DNA of 34,684 bases from Spongospora subterranea f. sp. subterranea (GCA_049724395.1 JAUGWO010000014.1:62001-96684), one strand, 5' to 3'; shown: positions 11,356 to 23,456, numbered from the stretch's first letter. A program made the numbers and translations. Notes: a model not told the origin generated them from the sequence alone.

Positions 11356-11829
11356 TTTGAATTACTTGTGGTCTTCTGCCTCCAGCACGACGCAGTGGGC
11401 CATTTGCGCACTCGCAAGGCCGCTGCGGCCTATTTGCACAGTTGATTCGTTGACCGGTTTGACCGGTTTAACCGGTTAAACCAATTTGCGCTAAACTTCT
11501 TTTGCCTATAACTTCGCGAATACCTGCTGTCAGACTTTTCAGAAAAGTCCGTTCAGTTCATGCGATGTGGCCGCACAGGTGGGTATTTTTCTTAATCAAA
11601 AAGATCAATCCTGGCAGATTGAGCATTCCTATACTTCGGATAGTGTACCATGCTACAATACTGCGCAGTCAGAAGTTGCGCAACCCTGAATCCAGACCTA
11701 CAGGATTTCGAATTTCAAAAATAAACAATCTTTGAACCAAAAAAACCGGTTTTTTCAGTTAAACCGGTTCATACAGAGTCTACGCACTTTCGCGGTTGAA
11801 AGTAGGTAAGACTGACTTGCCAGTCATCA

Positions 11830-12815
11830 ATGAATCAAGAAGAAGCTCAATGGTTTATTGTTTATGGATCAAAGATAATCCGAGCAAATTCAAGGTCGTT
11901 CAAAACAGCATATTGGAAGCGCAAATGGACATCACATTTCGGTGTCAGTTTGCGTGCCTGTTTGCGCGTATGGCTGGATTTGCGAGTCACAATTGTTGAT
12001 CTTCGTCGCGAGCACATATTGATGGGACTTTTCTTTCTGCAGTGTTATCAATGTGAGGATGTGGCATGCTCCCGTTTTTCAATCAACGAAAAAACGTACC
12101 GCAAGTGGATTTGGATTGTGGTGTCAGCAATCGCCAATCTAGACTATGTAATATCCTTTTATAATTTTGTATTTACTGCAAATTATTTTACTTATCTGAC
12201 TTGCAGATCCGATGGGATGACCGATTTGAAAACTGGGATCGCCTTGTGCCTTCATTCACCCTCGATGGTACAGATCTCTGGGTGTTTGAGCAAGGAATTT
12301 TTGATAAGAAAGATATGTCCCATAAATTCAAGCATGCTGGCCTTCGTTACGAGATCGGCGTTGCAATAGGTGTATCAAAAATTGTGCATGTCGCGGGAGG
12401 CGTCCCTTGCGGTGAATGGCCAGACATACGTCTGGCTCGACATTGCGTAGTTCCAGAACTACGTTTGGGTGAGATGCCATCGGCTGACAAGGGGTATCAA
12501 GATGGGCGAGTCCATTTTTTTACACCAGTCAATCCAACTTCGGACTGGGACCGAAGACTCAACCGTGAACTCAAGATTCTGCAAGCAAGACACGAGATGG
12601 TTAACAAGCGGTTCAAAGATTTCAATTGTCTACGCGGACAGTTCAAACATTCCCGACAAAAACATCAGCTGATTTTTGCTGCCTGCGCAAACTTGGTTCA
12701 ATTAAAGCTGGTTGAACAACGGTTTTTGCACTGGCTTTCCAAGCCACTCTGCCGGATGCTCTTATGTTGCTATCAAATTTACAATAAAGTTGTTATATTT
12801 ACTTATACGCACTAA
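11830..12815 (+). CDS. PIF/Harbinger-like DDE transposase, 2 exons (11830-12147, 12207-12815), ~308 aa
   Basis: Phase-0 intron 12148-12206 (gtaata...ctgac...ttgcag) joins the two ORFs. Motifs LDGTD, SHKFKHAGLRYEIG, G.WPD, ADKGY and RHEMVNKRFKDF, preceded by an HTH-like region (..FSINEKTYRKW). Confidence 0.88.
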
Positions 12816-12924
12816 TTACCGCAGCTTCCTGTCGACAACTGAAACGCATCTGCCCCATCAGAGACAATACCACGGAGTCCGATAGGGTTACCAACTGTCA
12901 TTTCCCTTGAAGAGGTCTAGTTTC

Positions 12925-15823
12925 ATGTTTTCGAAGGTCGTCATAATATTAGTGGTATTAAAGGTTGGTGCCTCAACGTCCCCAGGTTCGGATCGGATTG
13001 AAGACTTACGTGAGGCACTTAGAGACAGGTCGCAATAACTGTATTGATGTTGGGGTAAAATGCAGTTGACTAATCGGATTATCTAGTGATTCAACAGCTG
13101 ATGTGGAATGGGCTAATGAGATTGACGACGCGTATATAAGTTGTTTGTATAACATTGAAGAAGCCAGTGATTTACAAGGGGAGTGGAACGGATGGGTTGC
13201 GTAATAAGATGTGTCAGATGTAATATTTCACTGATCAAATATTACAGAAGCCAAGCCCGCAATATCGCACCACCGCTCTCAATTTGGCACTTATCTACGG
13301 CCAGTAATCTCAAAATTGCCATTGGTTCTGATCTTCCCTCAATGTTGTTACAATAGGGGGAATGTCGCCATGATCCTATTAGACAGAGGGGCCGATATAT
13401 TTGCAGTCGATGACTATGGGAATACTCCATTGCACTTCGCCGTTGAACATGGCCTGTAATAAATTGCCCACTATGGGGCATCACCCATTATCTGACAACT
13501 TTGTAGGGTTAATGTCGTCAGTAAAATCATGAACATCATGGGCGATACTAAAATCATGAACAAGATCGGAATGTCAAAGCAGCAAGTTATTGACCGGAAA
13601 AACAAGGCTGGTAAAGCGCCACTCCATATGGCAGTTTTCTATATGTGGTTGGGTCGTACTTAGTGTTGCGACCCTGATCCGCTGTCAATAATCGCTATTG
13701 ATTTTCAGCCGAGCGGTGTTCAAACAATTGCTGGATGAAGGCGCCAATCCAATGATCACTGATGATTATGGGAACACAGCACTGCACTTCGCAACAAAGC
13801 AAGACTGGTGCACCCCTCAGGACATCATTGATATTATTAAAGTGTCCAAGCCACAAGCGAACCAACATCTGTGCCAAAATGGGGTCACACAACCCTTGGG
13901 TGCGTCCTTGATTACTCAATTGAGTGTTGATGGCCTGTACATTGCTCACAAGTGGGTCTGGCACTTGTAAGTCGCTGAATAATCTCACAGAAACGGAGGT
14001 GTCATCTCTGTGAAATCCACTGGTACCAGCGAAATAATCAATCTCAAGGGCGGAATGGGGCGCACTGCTCTCGCGGTAGCAGTTATATTTAACCGGTTGG
14101 TAAAATTTACTCTCTTGGTCTGATGAGCACATTCAATATTGGTTTATCTCCAGAGTTGCTATCGCTCAAACTCTGTTGGAGAATGGCGCTGATCCCACAA
14201 TACCGGATGATGAAAAGTGGATCCCATTTCGCTGGGCTATGCAGGATAAACTGCGTTTCGCCAATATCTCACCAGATTTTCAAACCACAAGCGAAACCAT
14301 CCTGACCTTGAGTCAATCCATATTGACCATGATACAAAATATTGATGTAAACCACCAGTACAGTGATGGCTCCACTCTTCTCCATTGTGCTGTTAAGAGT
14401 CGTCGGTTGGTCGTAATTGTGTTTGACACTGATCAGCTCCGATCAATAACACTGATTTGCTAGGAATGCGATAGTTAAGGGGGTATTGGACAGAGATGCC
14501 GATCCCACAATAGCGGATATTGATGGGAATACAGCACTGCACCTGGCGATAGAGATGGCGCTGTATACTGCTATAACATGTTGATGTCTCAAAGAGTCTG
14601 ATCGAGATCTCACAGGAGTCGAGACATTATTATCGATATAATCAATGCTGCGAGGCCCAAAACTGAAGATATAGTGGTCCAGAATGAGATGACGGATCCC
14701 TCGAATGGAGAATTGGTTCCTGATGGCCTGTATATTGTTTACAAGTTTGTTATAATCATTGAAATCGCTGATGTAATCTTACAGGGACGAACGCGCCATC
14801 CGTCAGGCAACGCCTGACATAATCAATTTCAGCAACCAAAAGGGGGAAACTGCTTTCTTTCTGGCAATTCGTTTTAAACGGTTGGGAACTGTTGCTGTCT
14901 GGCTTTGAACACGCCTCAATAATGGATTATGTTATTATCAGTTTTGATATCGCCCAGTTTCTGTTTGAGAACGGTGCCGATCTTTCTATACTGATTAATG
15001 ATTTGAGGACACCATTTCTAACCGATATTCCATCTGACCTGTACATCGCCCCAATCTCACCACCAACTCAAATATTCACTGATGTGTTCACAGGTCGGAC
15101 GAACTCATTCTCTTAATCATTAAAAACTGTGATATCAGCCACGTGAACAGTGATGGGAACACTATTCTCCATATGGCTCTTAAGTCTAATCGGTTGGCCG
15201 TAAATCGCATTGTCACGAAGCTATTGAATCAAGGCGCCGATCCCCTTTTTGCTGACAAGAATGGGAATACTGCACTGCACCTTGCAATTTCACATGACCT
15301 GTATTCTGCTATCATCTGTTTATATTAAAGCGCTCATCTGATAAATATCTCACAGATTTCTTTCGACTATTTTCCATATAATCGAAGCGGGAGGAATGCG
15401 TTCTTTGAGGCAGGATGAGATCATGGAACAATATGGGGGTTTTGGCGCATCGTCGATTCGTTTAATTATGTCAACTATCATGTCACGTACATCTAAAACA
15501 TCATCGCTGAATTGATCTCACAGGAAGATCCATAAATCATTCCATCCGTCGTGTCATAAAATCGTCAACATTCAAAACCATAATGGGGAAACTGCTCTCC
15601 ATTTGGCAGTTTCAAATACCCAGTTTGTCAAATCGTCGCTGGTCAACCTCTTTGCGCTAATCTGACTGTTTGTAGAGTCTGGAGAGTTCAATATTTATTG
15701 GAAAAAGGCGCCAGCCGCACCATCGTGGCTAATGGACAGACAGCACTGGAGGTGGCAATGCAGATGAAGGAAGTGAGCGACTGCTCAGATGTCGCGAAGA
15801 TCGTCGAATTTTTACAGCAATGA
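12925..15823 (+). CDS. Putative secreted ankyrin-repeat protein, copy 3, long form (16 exons, ~689 aa)
   Basis: Exons 12925-13028, 13087-13195, 13248-13303, 13357-13455, 13507-13647, 13709-13936, 13991-14095, 14154-14405, 14464-14562, 14616-14729, 14785-14880, 14942-15040, 15094-15300, 15356-15469, 15524-15622, 15676-15823. The 15 GT-AG introns are 51-61 nt; total 2070 nt with no internal stop. Signal-peptide-like MFSKVVIILVVLKVGAS and many ankyrin motifs. Confidence 0.85.
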
Positions 15824-16012
15824 ATTGATAAACTTGTGGGGGTCACTGCATTTGCTGCTCCTTTAGACAGATTTCAGGCGGTTTTTGTCGACTTTTCAGC
15901 CGAACTGGTTTATTGACCATGCTCGTGTTGATAGATGATATTGGGATAGCAGTGCAATTGTGGATCATGAGAGGATCTCACATGTTGCGATATACACAAT
16001 ATTAACAGGATC

Positions 16013-19012
16013 ATTGCCGGATCAGGGACTACTCATCAACTCGATACAATCGCCCTTATGGGTCGTGTAATCCTGTGTACTCCCAGGTATTCCCTACTTC
16101 CCCCTGGCCGCTACAAGTAGATTGGGTATCCACTGAAGGAACCTATAAGACCAGCTGTATTCACCCCCATAACCTTTCCTAATGACCACACCGAATGGGA
16201 CCTGCCCCCACCCGATTACACTGCCTATCCATTGCCAGGCAGCTCACTCTCCCACATTCATTATGGCCATGTGGTCAGACCCAACAAAGACCAATCGTAT
16301 CTAGATAAACCAGTCTGCTTTTTCAGCTTTGCGCAAGATTTTGTCATGGCCTTCTCATGGCTCGAAATTGCTGTGTTGATCGTAGTTACCGGGAGCGTCC
16401 TGTAGAGTCGTCAGCATTTCTTGAGCAGGCTTTTGAATATTTCGCATTGTAATACTTGCTGTTCGATTGTTTCGGGATGTTTGTCGCAGTGCCTGCACTT
16501 GTTCGTGTTCGCCCTCAGGTACTGTTTTAATTGACCTCCTTCGGATTTCTTAACATGAAGTTTAGAGGACGACAGAAATGGTTCCATGCTCTATTTCGGG
16601 CCCAAAATTCGCCGCAATTTGTGCTAGTTGATCAATTTCATTGCTTCGTCCTATCGCTATTGAGATGGTGGACACGATCTGGAACTTAGGGCACGTTTCG
16701 CTAGCAGTCGAGCAGAGTCTGCCACAACTGCATATACTCGTCGAGGTTTGATAGGTAATGAATGATCACGTTCCACCAACGCATTTCATTGACCATTGCA
16801 TTTGTGGCCCCAAACAATCCAACGCTGTTCGGGAACGCGGAGCTGGTTGTGGGAACAAATCACGGGTACTAGGATTAGCCAGAATCTAGGATGAACAGTT
16901 ACCCACGATCACGAGTCTGTCATTATGTCAATCGTTCTCTTTTTGAATTTCTTATCTATGGCCAGTTCTAGACCAGCATGTACTGCAATTATCTCGGCTT
17001 CGTAACTCGAGGCGATTTTGCGACCCAGTTTGATTTGCGGCTTCTCCTCAGTGTGATTTGCCGCTTCACATTCATTCGGGTCAAGTGGAAGAAGTTCGTT
17101 TCTTTTGTGCTCTGCAATTGCCTCCTTTCGAGTTGGATTTGTGGTAAGTTACTGTAGTAAAGAGCTTCAAGAATATTTGGCACAATATCCACCGTTGCAT
17201 GAATGGTTTTGTATCCTTTCGGGATTCTCTCTCAGAAAGATTTCCAGACTTCGCCAAGTGGAAAACACAGCCATCACCGAACCCTGTCAATTTGGTGTGT
17301 AGTCCCCGTTGTTTTCCGTTGGCGCGCGAGGCTAATACCGTCATCGTGATTGCGCTGATAATTTTGTTTCTCAATAATGGGAATCCTGATATAGCTTGTG
17401 TCGATATGAATGATCCTGTATAGGTTCTCGATGCTATTTCCTTTGGTCCTGAACGTGGTACTCGTCATTTCTCCCGCTATCAACGGTAGATAGTGGTTGA
17501 GTTTGCCTCCAATGAATCCTCTACAAATTTGTTGGAACAGCTTCATTAATTTGAAAATTGCCTCAATAGTCTCATTAAGTTGCATCGTCGTCGAATGTCG
17601 GTTACCGGTTCTGTCATGTCAATCAGAATTGTTGATGTGTTGCAAGCTGGATTTGCCAAGAGATTAGCCCCAAGGTATTTCCATTGTTGTCGCAGTGTGG
17701 ATTTTGTGATTTGCATCGACTTCTAATTTGTCTGAGTCTGCGTGGCTATCAAACAGGATAAAAGTCTTCATCCATTGAATTTCAATTTTGTTGGCCTTGC
17801 ACCGGTTATATAGTTCGCTGCTGCTGTCTCGTAGTTTATCAGCGACCTCTTTCTTAGAAGTGCCATGTTCCCATTGTGTAGTGTCGTCAACGTATACGTT
17901 GGTATTGTTCATATTTTAGATATACATTATCCACAGTAGAACACTAATACTGGACCCTTGTGGAATTCCATTATTCTGCCTATACTGTGTTGAGTGCACA
18001 TTTCGGAAATGGACCTCGTACATTCGGTTCGTTAACCAATTATCAATTGACAGTGTTAGATATGGCTCTATTCCCATCCGATTCAATTTTCTATCAAGAG
18101 TGGTCGATGGACTCTGTCAAAAGTTTTCATGTAGTCGTATAGGACCACAGCAAATCGATTTTTTGATGCGGCAGCTATGGCTGAATTGTGTAGAAATCTA
18201 AGCAACGCTTGTGAGGTGTTGTGAGCTGGTCTGTAGCCAGACTGATTCTTCGGAATGTGCTTTTCTGATTGCTGGCGTAGTCGATGTTCAATGATACTCT
18301 CAGCCAATTTTGCCAAAAAAGTCAATAGGGATATCGGGCGGTAATCACCAGGTTTTGATTTCGATAACGGGATAATTTTTACCATCTTCAAGGTATTTGG
18401 AATGACCCTTTCACAATCATGTCATTGTTAATTGCTTGTCTGATGCTGTCTGCTAATTTGTCATTTGCACATATTTGTTTTAGGAGTTGAGATCCCATCT
18501 ATTCCAGGAGCTGCTCTTCTTTTTGCCTTTGTCGCTGCTCTGTCCAGCTCTCTTTTTGTGATAGGTGGTGGATGGCTACAAGCCCCTCGCCGTTTTAGGT
18601 CTGTGAATAATTCATTGTATTTTTTTCGCTCATCATTGGATAGCTCAAGCTCGAGTTGGTTATAAATGGCGCTGAAATTTTCCGCGATCAGATTTGCTTC
18701 TTCAACTGCATTGTTGGTACGAGTTGCGAAGGTACGATGCTTTTTGTTTGTTTGCGGAACCAGGGTTTTCAGCATCTTCCACGTTGCTGTTCCCGTATTG
18801 TCCTTACTGGCTTCTTTTGCCAGCTCAAATAAGTGTTTGTGTCTGTGTTTCTTACACATGTGTTTGAAGTGTGTGTCGAGGTTCTGCAATTTTCGTTTAC
18901 TTTTCTCGATACGGTCAGCTCTGTGCTGTTTTACCATTGATTGTTGCCATTTTGTTTTGGCGCGGTTCCGAATGCTTGCTGAACAATGCCCTTTACGCCT
19001 GAAGCAATGCAT
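16013..19012 (-). mobile_element. Decayed, 5'-truncated non-LTR retrotransposon (LINE ORF2)
   Basis: AAPGIDGI, IIPLSK..DYRPISLL..KLAE, QSGYRP, D..KTFDRV, GIPQGS and YVDD RT motifs across frameshifts and stops. C-terminal KCRHCDKHPETIEQQVLQC Zn-finger-like motif near 16440-16500. Boundaries approximate. Confidence 0.85.
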
Positions 19013-19021
19013 CTGGTCAAC

Positions 19022-19320
19022 TTATGCACCAATTGATGCGGTAGTTCTAGGGTAGATTGGTCGACGAATTGTACGTCGGGTCTGGTCGCAGCGTTTGCTC
19101 GACGTTCGAACTTTGTGGTACGGTGTGTATCCTAACCGCGGTTGTATGACCAATCGCCCGGGCTGGATGGTCATCGATTGAGCGGCTTGTCGTATGCGAG
19201 TCGTCCCCAAGAATTTGCACTTCAGTGGCGTTGATTGAAGTGAGTCTCGCATTGGTTGATTTATATGCAGTGCATTCGATGGATGAACGTCAAGCCCGAT
19301 GACAAGCATCTGATTTCATT
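19022..19320 (-). mobile_element. Degenerate copia integrase C-terminal fragment
   Basis: RDSLQSTPLKCKFLG matches RTSLEPTSTKCIFLGY of the copia pol at 23457-25613. Confidence 0.6.
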
Positions 19321-20030
19321 CCACTGCATATCCCTCAATTGCATCCATTATGCTCAAATGCATCCATTATGCGATACTCACTTCAATCAACGTCAAAGAA
19401 ATGCAAATTCCTGGGATAGCACACCATAGCAAAAGGTAACATACTTCGACCGTCAAACAACGCTGCGATCATTGTAAAAACGAGACGCACAATTAGAAGT
19501 ATACCGCATGAGGCGATTGGTATGCATCATGGACAATCACGCTTTTGAACTCCATCACACCCTGATTGACTTCCCGAAAACGTGCACAGAACCAATGTTA
19601 TGTCCAGATGCAAACGCTTGGAATCACACCGCACAAACATGAGATGGCGCCGCACACAAAGAACACCACTTGAACGCTGACTCAACGGCCACCCAGCACG
19701 AAAAAAGATCAAAGGCCGATGGATATTCACTGAAAAACAGTGACACCGATGGAGAAGTCATCCACAGAGCCCGCCTCGTCGCGAGAGGATGGTCTCAACA
19801 AATGGCATCGACTACCATGTCTTGGGTCCATGCACCAGAAGGACTTCACAACCCAAGCACGGGAGAAGCACAATGTATGCCTGCTTATCAAAGCTGCCCT
19901 GCTTGAACGCAGACTAGCTGAGATTGGCAGAAATCCCTTTTCACCTGATTTGCGAAAACGCGGGTCGAACATAGACTCTGTGCGACAACGATAAGTTCTC
20001 CTAAAAACAGCAGGTGGTGCAAAACAACGC
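19320..20030 (+). mobile_element. Degenerate copia fragment (integrase C-terminus to RT start)
   Basis: RYSLQSTSKKCKFLG*, then ..DGEVIHRARLVARGWSQQ, with many frameshifts. Inverted relative to the 19022-19320 fragment. Confidence 0.65.
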
Positions 20031-20151
20031 GCCACATAATGAACCTAGAAATGTGCATCTGTTGAATTATTAGCATGTAAGTTATTGGAATAACCGACCT
20101 GGTATTCACTGCATTTCACACTAAACAATGTGTGCACCTTTGGTCGCAGCT

Positions 20152-23100
20152 AGACCATGCGCTAACATATGAAGACCATCATTACTTAACAGAGAGAGTA
20201 CACTCTAATGACTCTCCGAAGGAACTTAATAAAGTTTAGTTCGCTATCAACCTTCTTGCGCATCTGTAAGATTAAGAGTCCCAGCTCTCGAAGCTCAGGA
20301 TCAAGTGAACCATATCCGACGATGAAAGGACGGCAAGTCGCGTCCGTCGGGCAGAAACCAATGACGCTCAAGAAGAGCATGAACACGCAGACCAACCAGC
20401 AGTTGCCCAAGGAGAGCAAGGCCGAGTAAGACCTCTAGCGGAACAACGGGACACATAGAAAGTGTTCATCTTCTGCAGACAGAAGTTAATCTTCAGCAGT
20501 ACGCAACTGGTTTGAATCTAATTCCCGAATTTAATGAAAAAAATTGGGAAATTTTCAGAAGGAAACTGGAAACAGAGTTTATCCGCATGGGCATCGAAAC
20601 TTACCTCGAATTTTTACCAGGCACATCAACGGTTGAGATAAGAAACGACCGAATCGCTTTCGCAGAAGTTACTATGAGACTTTCTCAACTTGCATACAAG
20701 CAAACTGCATCATGTCGCTATACCAAGGACGTGTGGGCAAAATTGTGTGAAATCTATGACGAGGAGAAAGATGCTGAAGCTTCAACAAAATTCGTAAAGT
20801 TCATCGAGGACAAGAAAAGTTCCACCGAGACATTGAAGATCTACCTAGACCGCTTGATGGAGACGTATCATGACCTCATCACGCTAGGCATCAACATGGG
20901 CGAAATAGCCCTATGTGCGAAGGCCCTGCACGGCCTCTCACAAGATTATGAACAAGCCAAAGCGGCAGCTCGAGCTTCAGAGATCAAGACGATCGCGAAG
21001 CTGACGAATCTATTGCTCGCGACAGAACGCGAAAAGATTGGCAACAAGCCAAAATCCAGCGACGACGCGCAGACACCGGAGCTTAAAGCATTAAAGACGT
21101 TGCGGAAGAAAACAAATGGACAAAGAAAGAAGAAGCATTGCACAAAGTGCTCACAGGACGGCCACGACAATCGTGAATGCTGGCACCTGCATCCTGAATT
21201 GAAGTCAGACTGGCTTGAAGAGAAGGAGCACCAAATCATCGGCGGTTTTGGCAAATTTACCGACCCAGATGATATCAAGGGATTCCGCGTTGTAACTTTC
21301 AGCAACGCTAGTGCTGTAGATGGATTTCTCATTGATAGTGGAGCGAATGTTTCCAAAACGAAAGACCGAGCGATTCTTCAGAATTATCAAAGCATGACGA
21401 AACCGGTCTTTATACAGGCATGCAATGGCCAGGTATCCAAGGCAGCGGGAAAAGGTACTTTGGTACTATCAACAAAGTCGTTCAAAAAAGGTTACGTGCT
21501 ACAACGATTGCCGACAAAAGAATTTTGATTCGACACGCTGTGACATTCAATGAAAGTCAATTCACCGATCAACAACGAACTCGAGATGAGGACAATCATG
21601 AGCAAATGGAGATCATTGACGAATTCGTGTATGCAACCAACAACACCATTAGTCAGAAACTACCGAAGTCGTTCAAAGAAGCGATGAAGACTCCTGAGGC
21701 CCAACAATGGTATCAAGCTGCGTTTAAAGAAATGACGGCACACGAGCAGAAACAGACATGGACGCTCGTGGATCCACCAGATGATATCAAGCCGATCACT
21801 GGCAGGTGGGTTTTGACCGAGAAGACTGATGCAGCACGACAGATGCAGCACAAGGCACGTTATGTCGCTAAGGAATACTCCCAAAGATTCGGAGTCGACT
21901 ACGACGAGACCTTTTCTTCGGTACTAGCTCACACATCATTACGAGTCCTTTTAGCACCTGCCACACATAAGAAGTGCAACATTTTTCAAAATGACTTTAC
22001 TACTGCCTATTTGAACGCCCCATTAAACGAAATTATCTACATGCTTCAACCCGAAGGTTTTGAGAAACCGGGAGCGGAGAACAAGTTATGTTTGCTGAAC
22101 AAAGCCCTATACGGTCTGAAGCAAGCGGGACGACAGTGGCAGAAGACGTTGTTTGACAAAATCAGATCGAACAAACCCTGTCTATGGTACAAGAGCGGTC
22201 ACAACGATCAACTTACCATGATAGCGATATACGTCAACGATCTTCTAATCACTGGAGATGATAAAGACGAAATATCCTAAATATCACAAGTTCTCGCGAC
22301 ATCTTTCAGAATGAAGAATCTAGGTATTGCGAAGAAGTTTCTCGGCATGGAATTATCATACCCGAACAACGGAATATTACTGACACAAACAAAATACATC
22401 AGGGAAGTCATCGCGACGTATCGACAAGAACATTGCAAGCATGCATCGACACCAATGACGAAGCCATATGAGGCAGGCGATGATGACGAGGAAACAAATC
22501 AATATCCAGTTCGAGAGGCGATAGGATGTCTACAGTATCTGGCAAACGCAACAAGGCCTGACATCGCATACGCCGTAAAACAACATCAGCCGACATATTT
22601 CAAAACCGACGAAAACGTTGTGGCATGTTACTCACAGGATCATCAAATATCTGAAGGGGACCGCTAATGAAGGCATTCTGTTCAAGTCAAACCCTTTGGA
22701 GATAATTTCATGGGCGGATAGCAGTTATGGACCCGACCCAAACGATCGCAGATCAGTAACTGGAATCTTGATAACATTGGGTGAAAGTCCGATTATTTGG
22801 AAAGCCAAAAAGCAAGGATGCATCGCATTATCGACGACGGAAGCCGAATATATAGCAGCATGTTCCGCAACTAAAGAAGTTATTTGGCTACAAGATCTTT
22901 TGATTGAGCTTAGGCTGCTGAAACAAGTGCCAAAAACAATGTTATATCAGGACAACCAAGGAGCGTTATTTATTGAGAAGAACGACTGCTCCAGTCAAAG
23001 ATCGAAGCGTATAGATTTCCAATACCATTACGTTCGAGACATGATTAAAGAACAAAGGATTGACGAGTACGTCCCGACGAACAATATGGTTGCCGATATA

Positions 23101-23313
23101 CTTACGAAGCCTTTAAATGAAAGAGTCTTCAAAATGCTCAAGGTTTTCCTGACGAATGATGGTTTCCTGCATTCAGTTAGCCAGGGGAGCGTATCAGACC
23201 ATGCGATAACATATGAAGACCATCATTACTTAACAGAGAGAGTACACTCTAATGACTCGCCGAAGGAACTTAATTAAGTTTAGTTCGCTATCAACTGTCT
23301 TGCGCATCTGTAA
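20152..23313 (+). mobile_element. Ty1/copia element A, defective (integrase largely deleted); LTRs ~20152-20269 and 23192-23313
   Basis: ~120-bp direct repeats. Gag with CTKCSQDGHDNREC knuckle, protease LIDSGA, RT (ALYGLKQAGR, YVND) and RNase H (STTEAEY, DNQGA, ADILTK), split by stops and frameshifts. PPT aggggagcg before 23192. Confidence 0.93.
20270..20283 (+). promoter_or_regulatory. Primer-binding site of copia A
   Basis: gattaagagtccca directly abuts the 5' LTR; complementary to TGGGACTCTTAATC, the anticodon arm of eukaryotic tRNA-Lys(CUU) as I recall it. Confidence 0.75.
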
Positions 23314-23456
23314 ACAGTATTAGACGATAGTGGTAGTGGTAGTGGTAGTGGTCGATGGTAACGTTAATGAGTACTATAGAAGAGTGACGTTTATTGTCAT
23401 TGATGATGTGTTTAATACACATAGTTGAGTCATGCTTATCAATGACTCAACATGAA

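Larger units (their letters stand above)
10387..12841. mobile_element. PIF/Harbinger-type (PHIS group) DNA transposon with two divergent genes
   Basis: Perfect 13-bp TIR cagttgtcgacag (10387-10399) / ctgtcgacaactg (12829-12841). A second inverted pair ggaggctgcggtaa (10429-10442) / ttaccgcagcttcc (12816-12829). Encloses a DDE transposase and a Myb-like gene. No TSD visible. Confidence 0.85.

Noticed and set aside
11015..11479. 154-aa plus-strand ORF
   Set aside because: Antisense shadow of the Myb-like accessory gene; no motif.
2061..15823. Calling the ankyrin fragments pseudogenes
   Set aside because: Stops and frame changes fall within GT-AG introns; spliced frames of copies 1-3 are open.
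16255..16295. GSDH motif suggesting an APE endonuclease
   Set aside because: Lies downstream of RT and the Zn finger, with no other APE motifs nearby; likely chance.
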